Positions 17,732 through 26,968 of a stretch of 64,000 bases of DNA are shown here, piece by piece (position 1 is the stretch's first letter; each line of letters starts with the position of its first letter). Origin of the DNA: Betaproteobacteria bacterium RIFCSPLOWO2_12_FULL_62_58 (GTDB taxonomy: Bacteria; Pseudomonadota; Gammaproteobacteria; Burkholderiales; SG8-41); NCBI GenBank assembly GCA_001772005.1, contig MERI01000231.1, forward strand, positions 2,762 through 66,761, given 5' to 3'. A model generated the notes under the pieces. It saw nothing but the letters and a program-made list of their open reading frames with translations, did no database searches and was not told the DNA's origin. The translations under genes and the position numbers were made by a program.

Positions 17732-18131
17732 GATTATCTCTGTCGGTGATCGTCACATCGCGAGGCAAGCGGCCGCACGCTCGCGTACTGGCGCTCGTCA
17801 CGCCTTGCCTTGCGCTATAGGTGGCGTGCCCTTGCCGGATCAAAGCTTCTTACGAGTAAGTCTCGAGTACCCGGTGTTCTTCCGGGTCCTCATCCGTGAC
17901 GACTGCCGCGACCCAGCTTCGGTAACTACTTCACCAGCAAGGAACATTCCATGTACTCTAAAGCGTTGATTTGTTGATATCTTTAACCAGCCGACCGTTG
18001 CCCATTTTGCATAACAGCGCTGGACAGCGCTTTACAGCACCGTTGCAAAAGCGTTGCAGAGGATTTTCTTCGCGGAGCACTCATTTCCGGCGTTGGAAAA
18101 TCTCCTTGCGGGATCTTCTGCAGCTTTGACG

Positions 18132-18147
18132 AGGCACCTGCTTTGCA
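18132..18147 (+). promoter_or_regulatory. Sigma-54-like -24/-12 element (aGGCAC-N5-TTGCA)
   Basis: AGGCACCTGCTTTGCA matches TGGCAC-N5-TTGCW with correct spacing. There is no obvious downstream plus-strand gene. Confidence 0.25.
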
Positions 18148-18304
18148 CGACGCGGATTCCGAAACCGCGGCCACGGCGAGAATGGGTTGATATCCGTGAT
18201 CGCTTTGTTTAAGCTATTTGAATCATTCTGATTAAAGAGGATTGCCCGCATGGATATCGAAGTGCACCAAATCCTGTAGCGCACCGCGCTGCTCATATCT
18301 GACG

Positions 18305-19657
18305 CTAGCCTTTCAGCGCGGTCGCTGTCATCAATTCCCGAATATCGGGCAGGTTGTCTACAGATATGATCATGGCGAGGAGGTGATCAGCCTTGCCGGC
18401 GCTCATCGCGCAGACCGCGCAGCTCAGAAACTTCTCCTGATGCTCACGCTCGGGTATTGGCCACGAGCGGGAGCCTGGGCCCTTGTCCACGCGCATGGAA
18501 AATTCCCCGCGCGGTGTCTTTACGGCGATGTCGGTGTAGCCGACAGTGCCCGAATAGACCGCCGTATCAGCGACGCGGTAGCGTTCGACTTTCTTCATCA
18601 TCGCCCGCGCCGCCGGCCGCTGTACCGCCTTGTCCGTGAAACTTTGCAGATTGAGCCTACCGTCGATTACCAATGCCGCAACCGGATATTGCGCGCTAAA
18701 CTTTCCCTCGAGGCCTGTTTGCGGATCGTTATAGACCAGTGGCTCGTCTGCCCCGGGCGGAAAGCCGATCCGCACGGCTTCGATTTCATCCGGTTTAATT
18801 TGGTGCGCGGCGATTAGCTCGAGCAGGCCGCCCAGCCCCCGGTGACTGCAGTAACAGCACGGCCAGCGCTTGTAATTCATGCCGGGCTGCACAAGATCCC
18901 AGGGGCTGCCGAGACGCTGGACGTATTGCCCTGCGTTCTTCTCCTCCGCGCCGTATAAACGCTGGAAGCTGTCGTTGCCGTCGAAGATCGCCTCGTTTGC
19001 GGTGAAGCCGCGGCGCGCCATGTCCTCGGCCAGGATGGCGCTGCGTGCCGCATGCCCCGACTGGAAGGACTTCGACATCGTGCCGAAGTTGCGGAGGATG
19101 CCGCCGCACTCGGCCGCAGCAATCCCCCAAGCGTTGCGCAAGACCTGCTCGCTATCTCCGCGTAAGTGCGCCGCGACTGCCGTCGCAGCGAAGATGCCAA
19201 CCGTCGCCGTGTTGTGCCAGCCTTTCAGATAATGGCTGTCGCCAAAGATGCGCCCCAGCTTGCCCGCGACTTCTATCCCAATCGCATACGCGAGCAGCAC
19301 TTGCTTACCTGATGCGCCCATCTGTTCACCCACGGCGAGCGCAACGGGTAACGTGCTTGCGCTGGCGTGACCGCGCAAAGTCGAGAGCGTATCGTCGAAG
19401 TCGAGGACGTGCGTAGCGATCGCGTTGGCAAACGCAGCTTCGGCTGGCGCGGTCGAGAAGTTTGCGCCCCAAACGCTTGCGACTGGCCGCGCGCCCATCT
19501 CCGCGACATGCTCGCGCGCGAGCCGCGCGGCCGGTTCAGTGACTCCTGCCAGAGCACATCCAAGAGTATCCATGAGGGCGACCTTGGCCGCTGCCTGCAC
19601 TTCGCCCGGAAGCGCCTTGGTTTCGCAAACGAAGCGCGCCAGCTGCTGCGTCAGCAC
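18305..19657 (-). CDS. MmgE/PrpD family protein (paralog 3)
   Basis: LARFVCETKALPGEVQAAAKVALMDTLGCALAG and a family-wide layout. GTG start. Confidence 0.85.
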   Translation of the reverse strand: MLTQQLARFVCETKALPGEVQAAAKVALMDTLGCALAGVTEPAARLAREHVAEMGARPVASVWGANFSTAPAEAAFANAIATHVLDFDDTLSTLRGHASASTLPVALAVGEQMGASGKQVLLAYAIGIEVAGKLGRIFGDSHYLKGWHNTATVGIFAATAVAAHLRGDSEQVLRNAWGIAAAECGGILRNFGTMSKSFQSGHAARSAILAEDMARRGFTANEAIFDGNDSFQRLYGAEEKNAGQYVQRLGSPWDLVQPGMNYKRWPCCYCSHRGLGGLLELIAAHQIKPDEIEAVRIGFPPGADEPLVYNDPQTGLEGKFSAQYPVAALVIDGRLNLQSFTDKAVQRPAARAMMKKVERYRVADTAVYSGTVGYTDIAVKTPRGEFSMRVDKGPGSRSWPIPEREHQEKFLSCAVCAMSAGKADHLLAMIISVDNLPDIRELMTATALKG

Positions 19658-19681
19658 GATCTGCTCACTGTTGAGACCCGT

Positions 19682-21376
19682 TCAATTCAATCCCACGGCC
19701 ATGGAATTACGCCGAGGGTCATAACCGCCGAGCATATGTCGTGTCAGCGGATCCACCGCCACCCCTTCCACCCCGCCCACGCGGTCACTCCACGCCGGGA
19801 ATTCGAAGACCTCATGCCCCATCGCGGCAAGCGCCTGCCGCGTCGCGCTGCTAACGCGCCGCTCGATCCCCACGCGGCCTCGCAAATCCTCGATCTTGAA
19901 GCGCGGAGCCTCGATCGCGCGTTGGATGTCGAGACCGTAATCAATCATCTGGCTCACAACCTGCACCATGTACTGGACAATGCCGAAACCGCCGGGACTG
20001 CCGAGCGTTGCGTGGGGAACACCGCTTTCCGCGAGTATCGTCGGCGCATGGCCGATGTTCGCACGATGGAAGGGCGCCACCTGGTTGGCGCCAGCCGCAA
20101 GCGACATCCACCAAGTGCGGTCGTTCACAAGGAGTCCGGTTCCCTCCACCATGTCGGCGCAACCAAATCGCGACCCTATGGTCTGCGTGGCGCTCACCAT
20201 GTTGCCCTGGGCGTCCGCCACGACGAAATGCGTCGTGGCGGAGGCCGATGATTCCTTCTCACCGCGCGGCGTGGCGCCGCGAGCGTCGATGCTCAGGCGC
20301 AATACGTCCGCGTAACCTTTGTCCGCGAGCCGCGCGACATCCATGTCGAGAAAATCCGGATCACCGCCTGCACTGCGCCGGTCAGCGAGGGCGAGTTTCA
20401 GTGCCTCGATGGTTAAGTGGAGTGCCTGCTCGCCGTGATACGGCATCTCACGCAAGGCGTACCCTTCCAGGATGTTGAGCGCCTGTATGACGTACGCCCC
20501 TGCCGTAGGCGGCGCTGTCACGATGACGTCGTTGCCCCGGTACGTACCGCGTACCACGTCCCGCCATACACAGCGATACCGGCGCAGATCCTCCCGCGTG
20601 ATCACGCCGCCATGCCGCTCGCTATGCCTGACGATGCGCGCGGCCGTTTCGCCGTCATAGAAGGCGTCACGACCGCCGCGCGCGAGGCGGCGCAGCGTCT
20701 CGGCAAGCTCCGGCTGCCTCAGCCGCTCGCCTTCCCCGAGCACGGCCCGGTCGTCCTTGAAGAAAACGCGTCGCGTAGCGGCACAAGGAGCAAGCTTGGT
20801 GCGGTACGCCTGCAGCGCAGCAGCCAGATATCGATTGACGAGAAAACCTGTTGCGGCGATCTCGATGGCAGGATCGAGCAGCTCCTCAAAGCGCAGGCGC
20901 CCGTAACGCTGTGCAAGCTCGACCCACGCGGCAGGCGTGCCGGGCACCATCGCGGTGATCATGCCGAGGTGGCGCTGTTCCGGCGGCTCCTCTTGAAACA
21001 CACGGGAATCGGCAAGGACGTCGAGCCCGAAGTGTTGCGCAATGCGCTGCGGCGAGATGGCAGCCGGACACGTGGAATACCCATCGAGGTAGGCGTACTG
21101 GCGGCTTTCAGCGTGGTAGAGGAGCCATGCGGAGTCACCCGCCGGTGCCGCCCAATCCGGGCTCAGCACGGATATCGCGGCGCCGAGGGCAACTGCAGCG
21201 TCGATTGCGTTGCCGCCCCGGCGAAGCACGTCGGCGCCGACCTGCGAAGCGACCGGGTGCATTGAAGACGCCATGCCGCGTGTGCCCCAGATCTGCACCG
21301 GGGGACGGCCATCGCATTCGGTGAGCCACGCGGCATCGATGACCGCTTGCGTTTTTTCCGTTGCGGCTGCAGTCAT
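19682..21376 (-). CDS. Gamma-glutamyltransferase-family (Ntn hydrolase) protein, no signal peptide
   Basis: MASSMHPVASQVGADVLRRGGNAIDAAVA, and the autoprocessing/nucleophile region SASATTHFVVADAQGNMVSATQT. ATG at 21376; the ORF extension to 21511 overlaps the CobW gene. Confidence 0.8.
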   Translation of the reverse strand: MTAAATEKTQAVIDAAWLTECDGRPPVQIWGTRGMASSMHPVASQVGADVLRRGGNAIDAAVALGAAISVLSPDWAAPAGDSAWLLYHAESRQYAYLDGYSTCPAAISPQRIAQHFGLDVLADSRVFQEEPPEQRHLGMITAMVPGTPAAWVELAQRYGRLRFEELLDPAIEIAATGFLVNRYLAAALQAYRTKLAPCAATRRVFFKDDRAVLGEGERLRQPELAETLRRLARGGRDAFYDGETAARIVRHSERHGGVITREDLRRYRCVWRDVVRGTYRGNDVIVTAPPTAGAYVIQALNILEGYALREMPYHGEQALHLTIEALKLALADRRSAGGDPDFLDMDVARLADKGYADVLRLSIDARGATPRGEKESSASATTHFVVADAQGNMVSATQTIGSRFGCADMVEGTGLLVNDRTWWMSLAAGANQVAPFHRANIGHAPTILAESGVPHATLGSPGGFGIVQYMVQVVSQMIDYGLDIQRAIEAPRFKIEDLRGRVGIERRVSSATRQALAAMGHEVFEFPAWSDRVGGVEGVAVDPLTRHMLGGYDPRRNSMAVGLN

Positions 21377-21395
21377 GGCATCTGCGGCAACATGG

Positions 21396-22469
21396 CTACA
21401 AGAAGTGCTTCGCCGCTTCGAGGAAGCGCGCGTACGCTGCAGGGTCGATCTGCAAGGCGTCGCCAAGCGAGTCCGGCATGGCGAAAGCGGCGAACGTTTT
21501 TTCGAGCGCATTACGCTCGAGACCGCGGACGATGAAGACGATACGTGTGCGTTCGTCCGACGTCGGCCACCGTTCCAGTGGTACGGGCTCGTGGATCACC
21601 GTCTGCACCGCGTGGATGATGTAGGGATCGCCCGCAACGTTTACGATGCCTTTGACGCGCAGCAGTTGCGGGCCCTTGAAGCTCGCCAGCATGCTGAGCC
21701 AGGTGGCAAGCCCCGCGATACTGACCAGCCCGTCGTGGATGAGGGTGAATGTCCGGATGTCGCCCGCATGCAGCGTATGTATGTTTCCGCCACCCGCCAT
21801 GGGAGTCTTGGGCGTATCGAGCCCGAGCCAGCGTTCGAGGTCTGCTTCCCGCGTGCGTCCATCCCCCGCGCCGCGACCGAACAACAGCTCCGGATCGATC
21901 TCGCCATGCAGGACCGGAATGAGCTCCGCGCCCGGATTGATCTTCTTCACGGCCGCTTCGACCTCCAGCCGCGCATCCGGCACTGCCAGATCAGTCTTGC
22001 TGAGCAGCAGCACATCGGATACGGCTATCTGCTTGCGCACTTCGTCCTGCGTCGCGAGTTGCCTAAGCGCATGCACGACATCGACTACGCCGACCACCGT
22101 ATCGAGCCGATAGAGCCGGCTCAAGTCGGTGTCGGTTACAATGGTCTGCACTATGGGGACCGGATCCGCGAGGCCCGTCGTCTCGATAAGTATGTGGTCG
22201 AAGGCGGGAATCTCGCCGCTTGCTCTCTTCCGCGACACGTCGGTCAACGTGTCTACCAGATCGCCTTTCACCTCGCAGCACAGGCAGCCGTTGGAAAGAA
22301 GCCGCACGTTCTCGGCGGGCGTGGACACCAGCAGATGGTCAATGCCGACTTCGCCGAACTCGTTGATGATCACCAGGCTGTTCTTGAGTGAGGCGTGCTG
22401 CAACAGATGATTGAGCACGGTCGTCTTGCCACTGCCGAGAAAGCCGGTGATGATCGAAACGGGCAGCAT
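21396..22469 (-). CDS. CobW/COG0523-family G3E GTPase (putative metallochaperone)
   Basis: P-loop GFLGSGKTT and the metal-binding motif GCLCCEV. C-terminal CobW_C-like domain. Confidence 0.85.
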   Translation of the reverse strand: MLPVSIITGFLGSGKTTVLNHLLQHASLKNSLVIINEFGEVGIDHLLVSTPAENVRLLSNGCLCCEVKGDLVDTLTDVSRKRASGEIPAFDHILIETTGLADPVPIVQTIVTDTDLSRLYRLDTVVGVVDVVHALRQLATQDEVRKQIAVSDVLLLSKTDLAVPDARLEVEAAVKKINPGAELIPVLHGEIDPELLFGRGAGDGRTREADLERWLGLDTPKTPMAGGGNIHTLHAGDIRTFTLIHDGLVSIAGLATWLSMLASFKGPQLLRVKGIVNVAGDPYIIHAVQTVIHEPVPLERWPTSDERTRIVFIVRGLERNALEKTFAAFAMPDSLGDALQIDPAAYARFLEAAKHFL

Positions 22470-22477
22470 AAGCGACC

Positions 22478-23689
22478 TTATCCTTTTAGCAGCTGCCGTG
22501 CAATGAGCGAGCGCTGGATTTCGTTAGTGCCGCCGCCGATCTGGTAATGGCGCAGATAGCGGTAAAACTGCGTGAGCGGCAACTCACTCGATTCGCCCAT
22601 CGCGCCGTGGATCTGGATCGCGTGATCGAGACAGCGGGTGCCCCACTCAGCGGCGACCATTTTCACCAGCGCCGCTTGTGCTCTCACGTCTTCACCGCCG
22701 TCGGCGCGCGCAGCCATCTCGTACGTCAATGCGCGCAACGCCATGATATCGACGTGCATATCGACGAGCTTCCACTGTATCGCCTGGCGCTCCGAGATCG
22801 GTCGTCCGAACGTCACGCGCTCCTTGGCCCATTTGATCGACATGTCGAGCGCCCGCTGCATCTTGCCGAGCGAATACGGACCGCGCAACAGGCGATCGTG
22901 TATCGTCAGCCACTTCTGACCGAGTCTGAACCCGTTTCCCACTTCGCCAAGCACGTCCTCGGCTCCCACCTTGCAGTCGTCGAAGCGGATGATGTATTGC
23001 GCGGCTTTCTGGCTGAGCCACGTCGGGATGCCAGGTTCCTCGATTTTCACCCCCGGGCTGTTGCGCTGGACGACGAACATCGTAATGCCGCCGCGCTGGC
23101 GCTTCTCAGCGTCGGTCACCGCCTGCAGCAGGATGATGTCCGATTCGGCCGCGCCGGAGATCCACATCTTGGTGCCATTAATCACCCATTGCGAGCCGTT
23201 CCACACCGCACTCGTCTTCATCATGCCACCGGGATCGGAACCGGCATTGGGCTCTGTCTGCGCGAAGCAATGGATCATCTTGCCTTCGATCACCGGCTTC
23301 AGAAAGCGCTCGGCCTGCGCGCCTCGGCACTCGTACAGGATGTTGGGCACGTTCACCCACGGGAAAGGCACCGCGGTGTACATGAATTCCTCGATGATCG
23401 CGATCTGAGCGAGGAGCGAGAGCCCCATGCCCCCGTGCGCCTCGGGCACCATGACATACCACAAGCCGGTGTCGCGGGCGATTTTCTCCAGCCGGCGCAC
23501 GACGTCGGGCGGAAAGACGGCCCGCAGATTGGTTATCGGCTGCAGGCCGTAGGCCTGCTCGGGCGATTTGAGGTAAGCCTGCTCAAGCGGCAGCAGTTCT
23601 TCATGCACGATCTTGCGCGCTACTTTGCGGAACTCCTTCACTTCCGCAGGCAGTTGATACAACGGCTCGCTCACAGCGGATGCATGCAT
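22478..23689 (-). CDS. Acyl-CoA dehydrogenase family protein
   Basis: About 403 aa from ATG 23689. FAQTEPNAGSDPGGM and the C-terminal IYEGTNEIQ-like GGTNEIQRSLIA motif. Confidence 0.85.
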   Translation of the reverse strand: MHASAVSEPLYQLPAEVKEFRKVARKIVHEELLPLEQAYLKSPEQAYGLQPITNLRAVFPPDVVRRLEKIARDTGLWYVMVPEAHGGMGLSLLAQIAIIEEFMYTAVPFPWVNVPNILYECRGAQAERFLKPVIEGKMIHCFAQTEPNAGSDPGGMMKTSAVWNGSQWVINGTKMWISGAAESDIILLQAVTDAEKRQRGGITMFVVQRNSPGVKIEEPGIPTWLSQKAAQYIIRFDDCKVGAEDVLGEVGNGFRLGQKWLTIHDRLLRGPYSLGKMQRALDMSIKWAKERVTFGRPISERQAIQWKLVDMHVDIMALRALTYEMAARADGGEDVRAQAALVKMVAAEWGTRCLDHAIQIHGAMGESSELPLTQFYRYLRHYQIGGGTNEIQRSLIARQLLKG

Positions 23690-23733
23690 GGGGTGGCTAT
23701 CCTTTATCGTCTTTTTTTCGTCGTTATGGCGCT

Positions 23734-24738
23734 TCAGGCGGTGGCGGCAGCGCGGGCCCGTTCCCGCAGCGTCTTCAGGTTCCCGCCGCGCATCACCGAG
23801 CCGGGCAGCGGATGGCCCACGATGTCCTCCGCGAGTTGCGCGGCCGCAATTAACACATCGAGATTGACGCCGGTCTCTATGCCCATTTCCTCGCACATGA
23901 ACACGAGATCTTCGGTGCAGACGTTGCCGGCAGCACCCTTGTGTGCCGCAAACGGACACCCGCCGAGCCCCGCGACAGACGCGTCGAGTATGTCCACGCC
24001 CATCTCCAGCCCGGCATACACGTTCGCGATGCCCATCCCGCGTGTGTCGTGAAGATGCAAAGCTAGACGTAGGGCTGGGAATTTCTCACGCATTGCACCG
24101 ACCATGCGCTTGACCGACTGTGGCGTCGCCCATGCCATCGTATCGGCGAGACTGAAGACTTTGATCTCAAGCGCATATTCCGCCGCAAGATCGAGCACCT
24201 GCTGCGTCAGATCCAGGACTTTCTGCCGGGAAATGTCGCCTTCAAAATTGCAGCCGAAAGCCGCCATGATGGAGCCGCGCTCCACCGGCACGCGATGCTC
24301 CTTGTACATTTCGATGATACGGCGTTGCGCTTCGATGTTCTCCTGCAGCGTGCGGTTCTGGTTACGCTTGAGGAAGGCCTCGGACGCGGTGAGCGCAATT
24401 GATCCCTTGACATCGAGTTTTCCGGCCGCGAGCGCCCGCTGCAGACCTTTCTCGTTGAGCCACAGCGCCGTGTAGCGCACACCGGACTGTCTGGTGAAGC
24501 CCTTCACCACTTCATCGGCGTCCGCCATGCCCGGCACGTTCTTCGGGGGCACGAACGAACAGACCTGGATTTGCGCGAGCCCGGTGCGCGAAAGCGCGTC
24601 CACCAGCTCGACTTTGCGCCGGGTCTCGATGGGCCCCTTCTCGAACTGAAAGCCTTCGCGCGGGCCCTCTTCGTTGATTTGCACTCGTTTCGGCAGATCA
24701 GGCACGACAACACTCCTTGGCTTATCGCCGTAGTTCAC
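23734..24738 (-). CDS. Hydroxymethylglutaryl-CoA lyase-like (HMGL family) acyl-CoA lyase
   Basis: VQINEEGPREGFQ, HLHDTRGMGIANV and GLGGCPFA motifs. GTG start abutting the upstream stop. Confidence 0.8.
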   Translation of the reverse strand: MNYGDKPRSVVVPDLPKRVQINEEGPREGFQFEKGPIETRRKVELVDALSRTGLAQIQVCSFVPPKNVPGMADADEVVKGFTRQSGVRYTALWLNEKGLQRALAAGKLDVKGSIALTASEAFLKRNQNRTLQENIEAQRRIIEMYKEHRVPVERGSIMAAFGCNFEGDISRQKVLDLTQQVLDLAAEYALEIKVFSLADTMAWATPQSVKRMVGAMREKFPALRLALHLHDTRGMGIANVYAGLEMGVDILDASVAGLGGCPFAAHKGAAGNVCTEDLVFMCEEMGIETGVNLDVLIAAAQLAEDIVGHPLPGSVMRGGNLKTLRERARAAATA

Positions 24739-25203
24739 TCATTGCGTGGGCGGCACAAAGGGATACGGCACAGGCTCGCCGTCACGATAGGGCAGCGCGA
24801 TCACCGCCGTGCCGGGGGTCGATTCCTTCTCCTGCTCGTTAAGAATGCCGAGCTCGACCTCCACGAGCCCATATGATTTCCACTCCCGTTTCGCGGCGAC
24901 GCGGCCCCACACCCTGAGCGTCTCGTTCTCCAGATTCATGGCGCGAAACTGGAAGCTCACCTTCCATACCCATCCGTCGTCGCCAGCCCACTCGCGGAGC
25001 AGCTGCATGACGAACTGCTGCTTCAATGTGCCGTTCACAAGAATGCCGGGAAGCTTGTCATGCTCCATCGCAAACGGTTTGTCGTAATGGATCTTGTGCC
25101 AATTCTCCATCGCCGCGGACCAGCGCATGAGATGCGCACTGGTGAGAGGCCCTTTCGGGAGCGGTCCCAGCATATCTCCCACGTTCACGGACTCGTAACG
25201 CAT
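24739..25203 (-). CDS. MaoC-like (hot-dog) dehydratase, C-terminal-type subunit
   Basis: 154 aa from ATG 25203. HYDKPFAMEHDKLPGILVNG resembles the MaoC hydratase motif region. Confidence 0.7.
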   Translation of the reverse strand: MRYESVNVGDMLGPLPKGPLTSAHLMRWSAAMENWHKIHYDKPFAMEHDKLPGILVNGTLKQQFVMQLLREWAGDDGWVWKVSFQFRAMNLENETLRVWGRVAAKREWKSYGLVEVELGILNEQEKESTPGTAVIALPYRDGEPVPYPFVPPTQ

Positions 25204-25207
25204 CACC

Positions 25208-25735
25208 TCATCTCCGGATCTGGTGTTTCTGCACGCGCAGCAGCAAGTCACCGTTGCCGGCCCGATACTCGGTCTCGATCACTACGAGCAGCATTGGTCC
25301 TTTGCTGCTGTGCTTTTCGGTGATGCTCGCGTACCGCGATTTGGCGGTCACGCTTTCCCCCTGGCGCGCGTAACGGAACACCTCGACTTCCGTACCGGCA
25401 TTCAAAAAGCCGATGCCCTTGGGCAGCGGCAACGGCGGCAGGCCCTGTGCAGTAGAGCCGACGATGCCGTCGAAGTCAAGATTGCGGGCGTGCTCCTCGA
25501 ATGGGTCACGCGTGCCGAACGGCCGCCGAAACATGTTCATCGGGAACAGGGCCGGCGAAACAGGCCCGCCGTAGCGCGAATCGCCGCGCTGCTCTTCGGC
25601 ATAAAAGATCGAGGCGTCGTCCATGTACGCCTGAACATAACGTCGCACTGCGCCGCGCTCCACCACATCGCAAGCGGTCTCGTTGTCGCTTTCCGCGCCG
25701 ATCAGGCGTTCGATTTCCGGCGTCATCAAACCCAC
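25208..25735 (-). CDS. MaoC_dehydrat_N-type hot-dog protein (N-terminal-type subunit)
   Basis: 175 aa with a RYVQAYMDD.. / PPLF-type layout typical of N-terminal MaoC/FAS1-like dehydratase halves. 4 nt upstream of the C-type subunit. Confidence 0.6.
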   Translation of the reverse strand: MGLMTPEIERLIGAESDNETACDVVERGAVRRYVQAYMDDASIFYAEEQRGDSRYGGPVSPALFPMNMFRRPFGTRDPFEEHARNLDFDGIVGSTAQGLPPLPLPKGIGFLNAGTEVEVFRYARQGESVTAKSRYASITEKHSSKGPMLLVVIETEYRAGNGDLLLRVQKHQIRR

Positions 25736-25756
25736 CTCAGTCCTCCTTTCTGTGCT

Positions 25757-26968
25757 TTAACCTAGCGCGACAACGCCTTCTCTCACAAGGCGCTGCAGCT
25801 CTGGGTCGGTGTAGCCAAGCGACTTCATGATTTCCTTCGAGTGTTCTCCAAGGCGGGGCGGTCCCGTCCGCACGCCGCCCGCGGCATCCGAGAACTTGAT
25901 CGGCACGCCCGCCATGCGGATTTTGTCGGAGCCGCTGCTCCCCACTTCTACGATCATGTCCCGGGCCTGTACCTGTTCTTCCTGTACCACCTGGTCGATG
26001 GGCAGCACCGGCGTGCACGGGATGCCGAGCGGGCCAAGGCGTGCACGCCACGCTGCGACGGACTCGCGCGCAAAGATCTCAGTGAGCGCAGCGATGATGG
26101 TCTCCCGGTTCACCATGCGTCGTTGGGGGCTATTGAAACGCGCATCATCGCCCCACTCCGGCATGCCGAGCGCGCTGCACAGGTCACGCCACATGCGATC
26201 GGTAAACACCGCGACAACCATCCAGCCGTCGCTCGCCTTGAACGCCTGGTATGGAACGAGTCCCTGCGCCGATGACCCCTTGCGCTCGGGCGCCTTGCCG
26301 CTCGCGAAATACGCGGTGCAGTGATAGGAGAGCATCGCGATCTGACCTTCGAGCAACGACGTATCGACGCGCTGACCCTTGCCGGTGACGTTGCGCATCT
26401 GCAGCGCCAGCAGCACGCCGGTCGTCGCGAACATGCCGGCCCCAATGTCCGCCACCGAAATGCCCATTTTCACTGGGCCCCGGCCGGCTTCGCCGGTAAT
26501 GCTCATGCCGCCCGCGTAGGCCTGCATCGCTACGTCGTTCGCGCGCTCGTCCTTCAAAGGTCCGGTCGCACCATAACCCGTGATGCTGCAATAGATGAGT
26601 CGCGGATTCTTTCGATGCAACATCTCGTATCCGAGTTCCGCGCGCTCCAGCGCACCGGGCCGGAAGTTATCGATCAGGACGTCGGCATCGAGCACCAATC
26701 GCTCGACTACGGCCCTTCCCTCTTTGTTCTTCAGATCGACGGCAAGGCTTTTCTTGTTCCGATTAACGGCTGCGAAGTAATGCGACATGCGCCCCTCGAA
26801 AAATGGCGCCCAGTTGCGGCTTTCGTCGCCCTGGTCGGTGCGTTCGACCTTGATCACGTCCGCGCCATAGTCAGCGAGCATCATCCCGCAGTACGGTCCG
26901 GCCATAGCGACGCCGATTTCAATCACCTTCAGTCCCTGCAGCGGCGCCGGCAACTGCGTTCCTACCAT
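25757..26968 (-). CDS. Family III CoA-transferase (CaiB/BaiF)
   Basis: LQGLKVIEIGVAMAGPYCGMMLADYGADVIKVE near the N-terminus. About 400 aa. Confidence 0.85.
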   Translation of the reverse strand: MVGTQLPAPLQGLKVIEIGVAMAGPYCGMMLADYGADVIKVERTDQGDESRNWAPFFEGRMSHYFAAVNRNKKSLAVDLKNKEGRAVVERLVLDADVLIDNFRPGALERAELGYEMLHRKNPRLIYCSITGYGATGPLKDERANDVAMQAYAGGMSITGEAGRGPVKMGISVADIGAGMFATTGVLLALQMRNVTGKGQRVDTSLLEGQIAMLSYHCTAYFASGKAPERKGSSAQGLVPYQAFKASDGWMVVAVFTDRMWRDLCSALGMPEWGDDARFNSPQRRMVNRETIIAALTEIFARESVAAWRARLGPLGIPCTPVLPIDQVVQEEQVQARDMIVEVGSSGSDKIRMAGVPIKFSDAAGGVRTGPPRLGEHSKEIMKSLGYTDPELQRLVREGVVALG

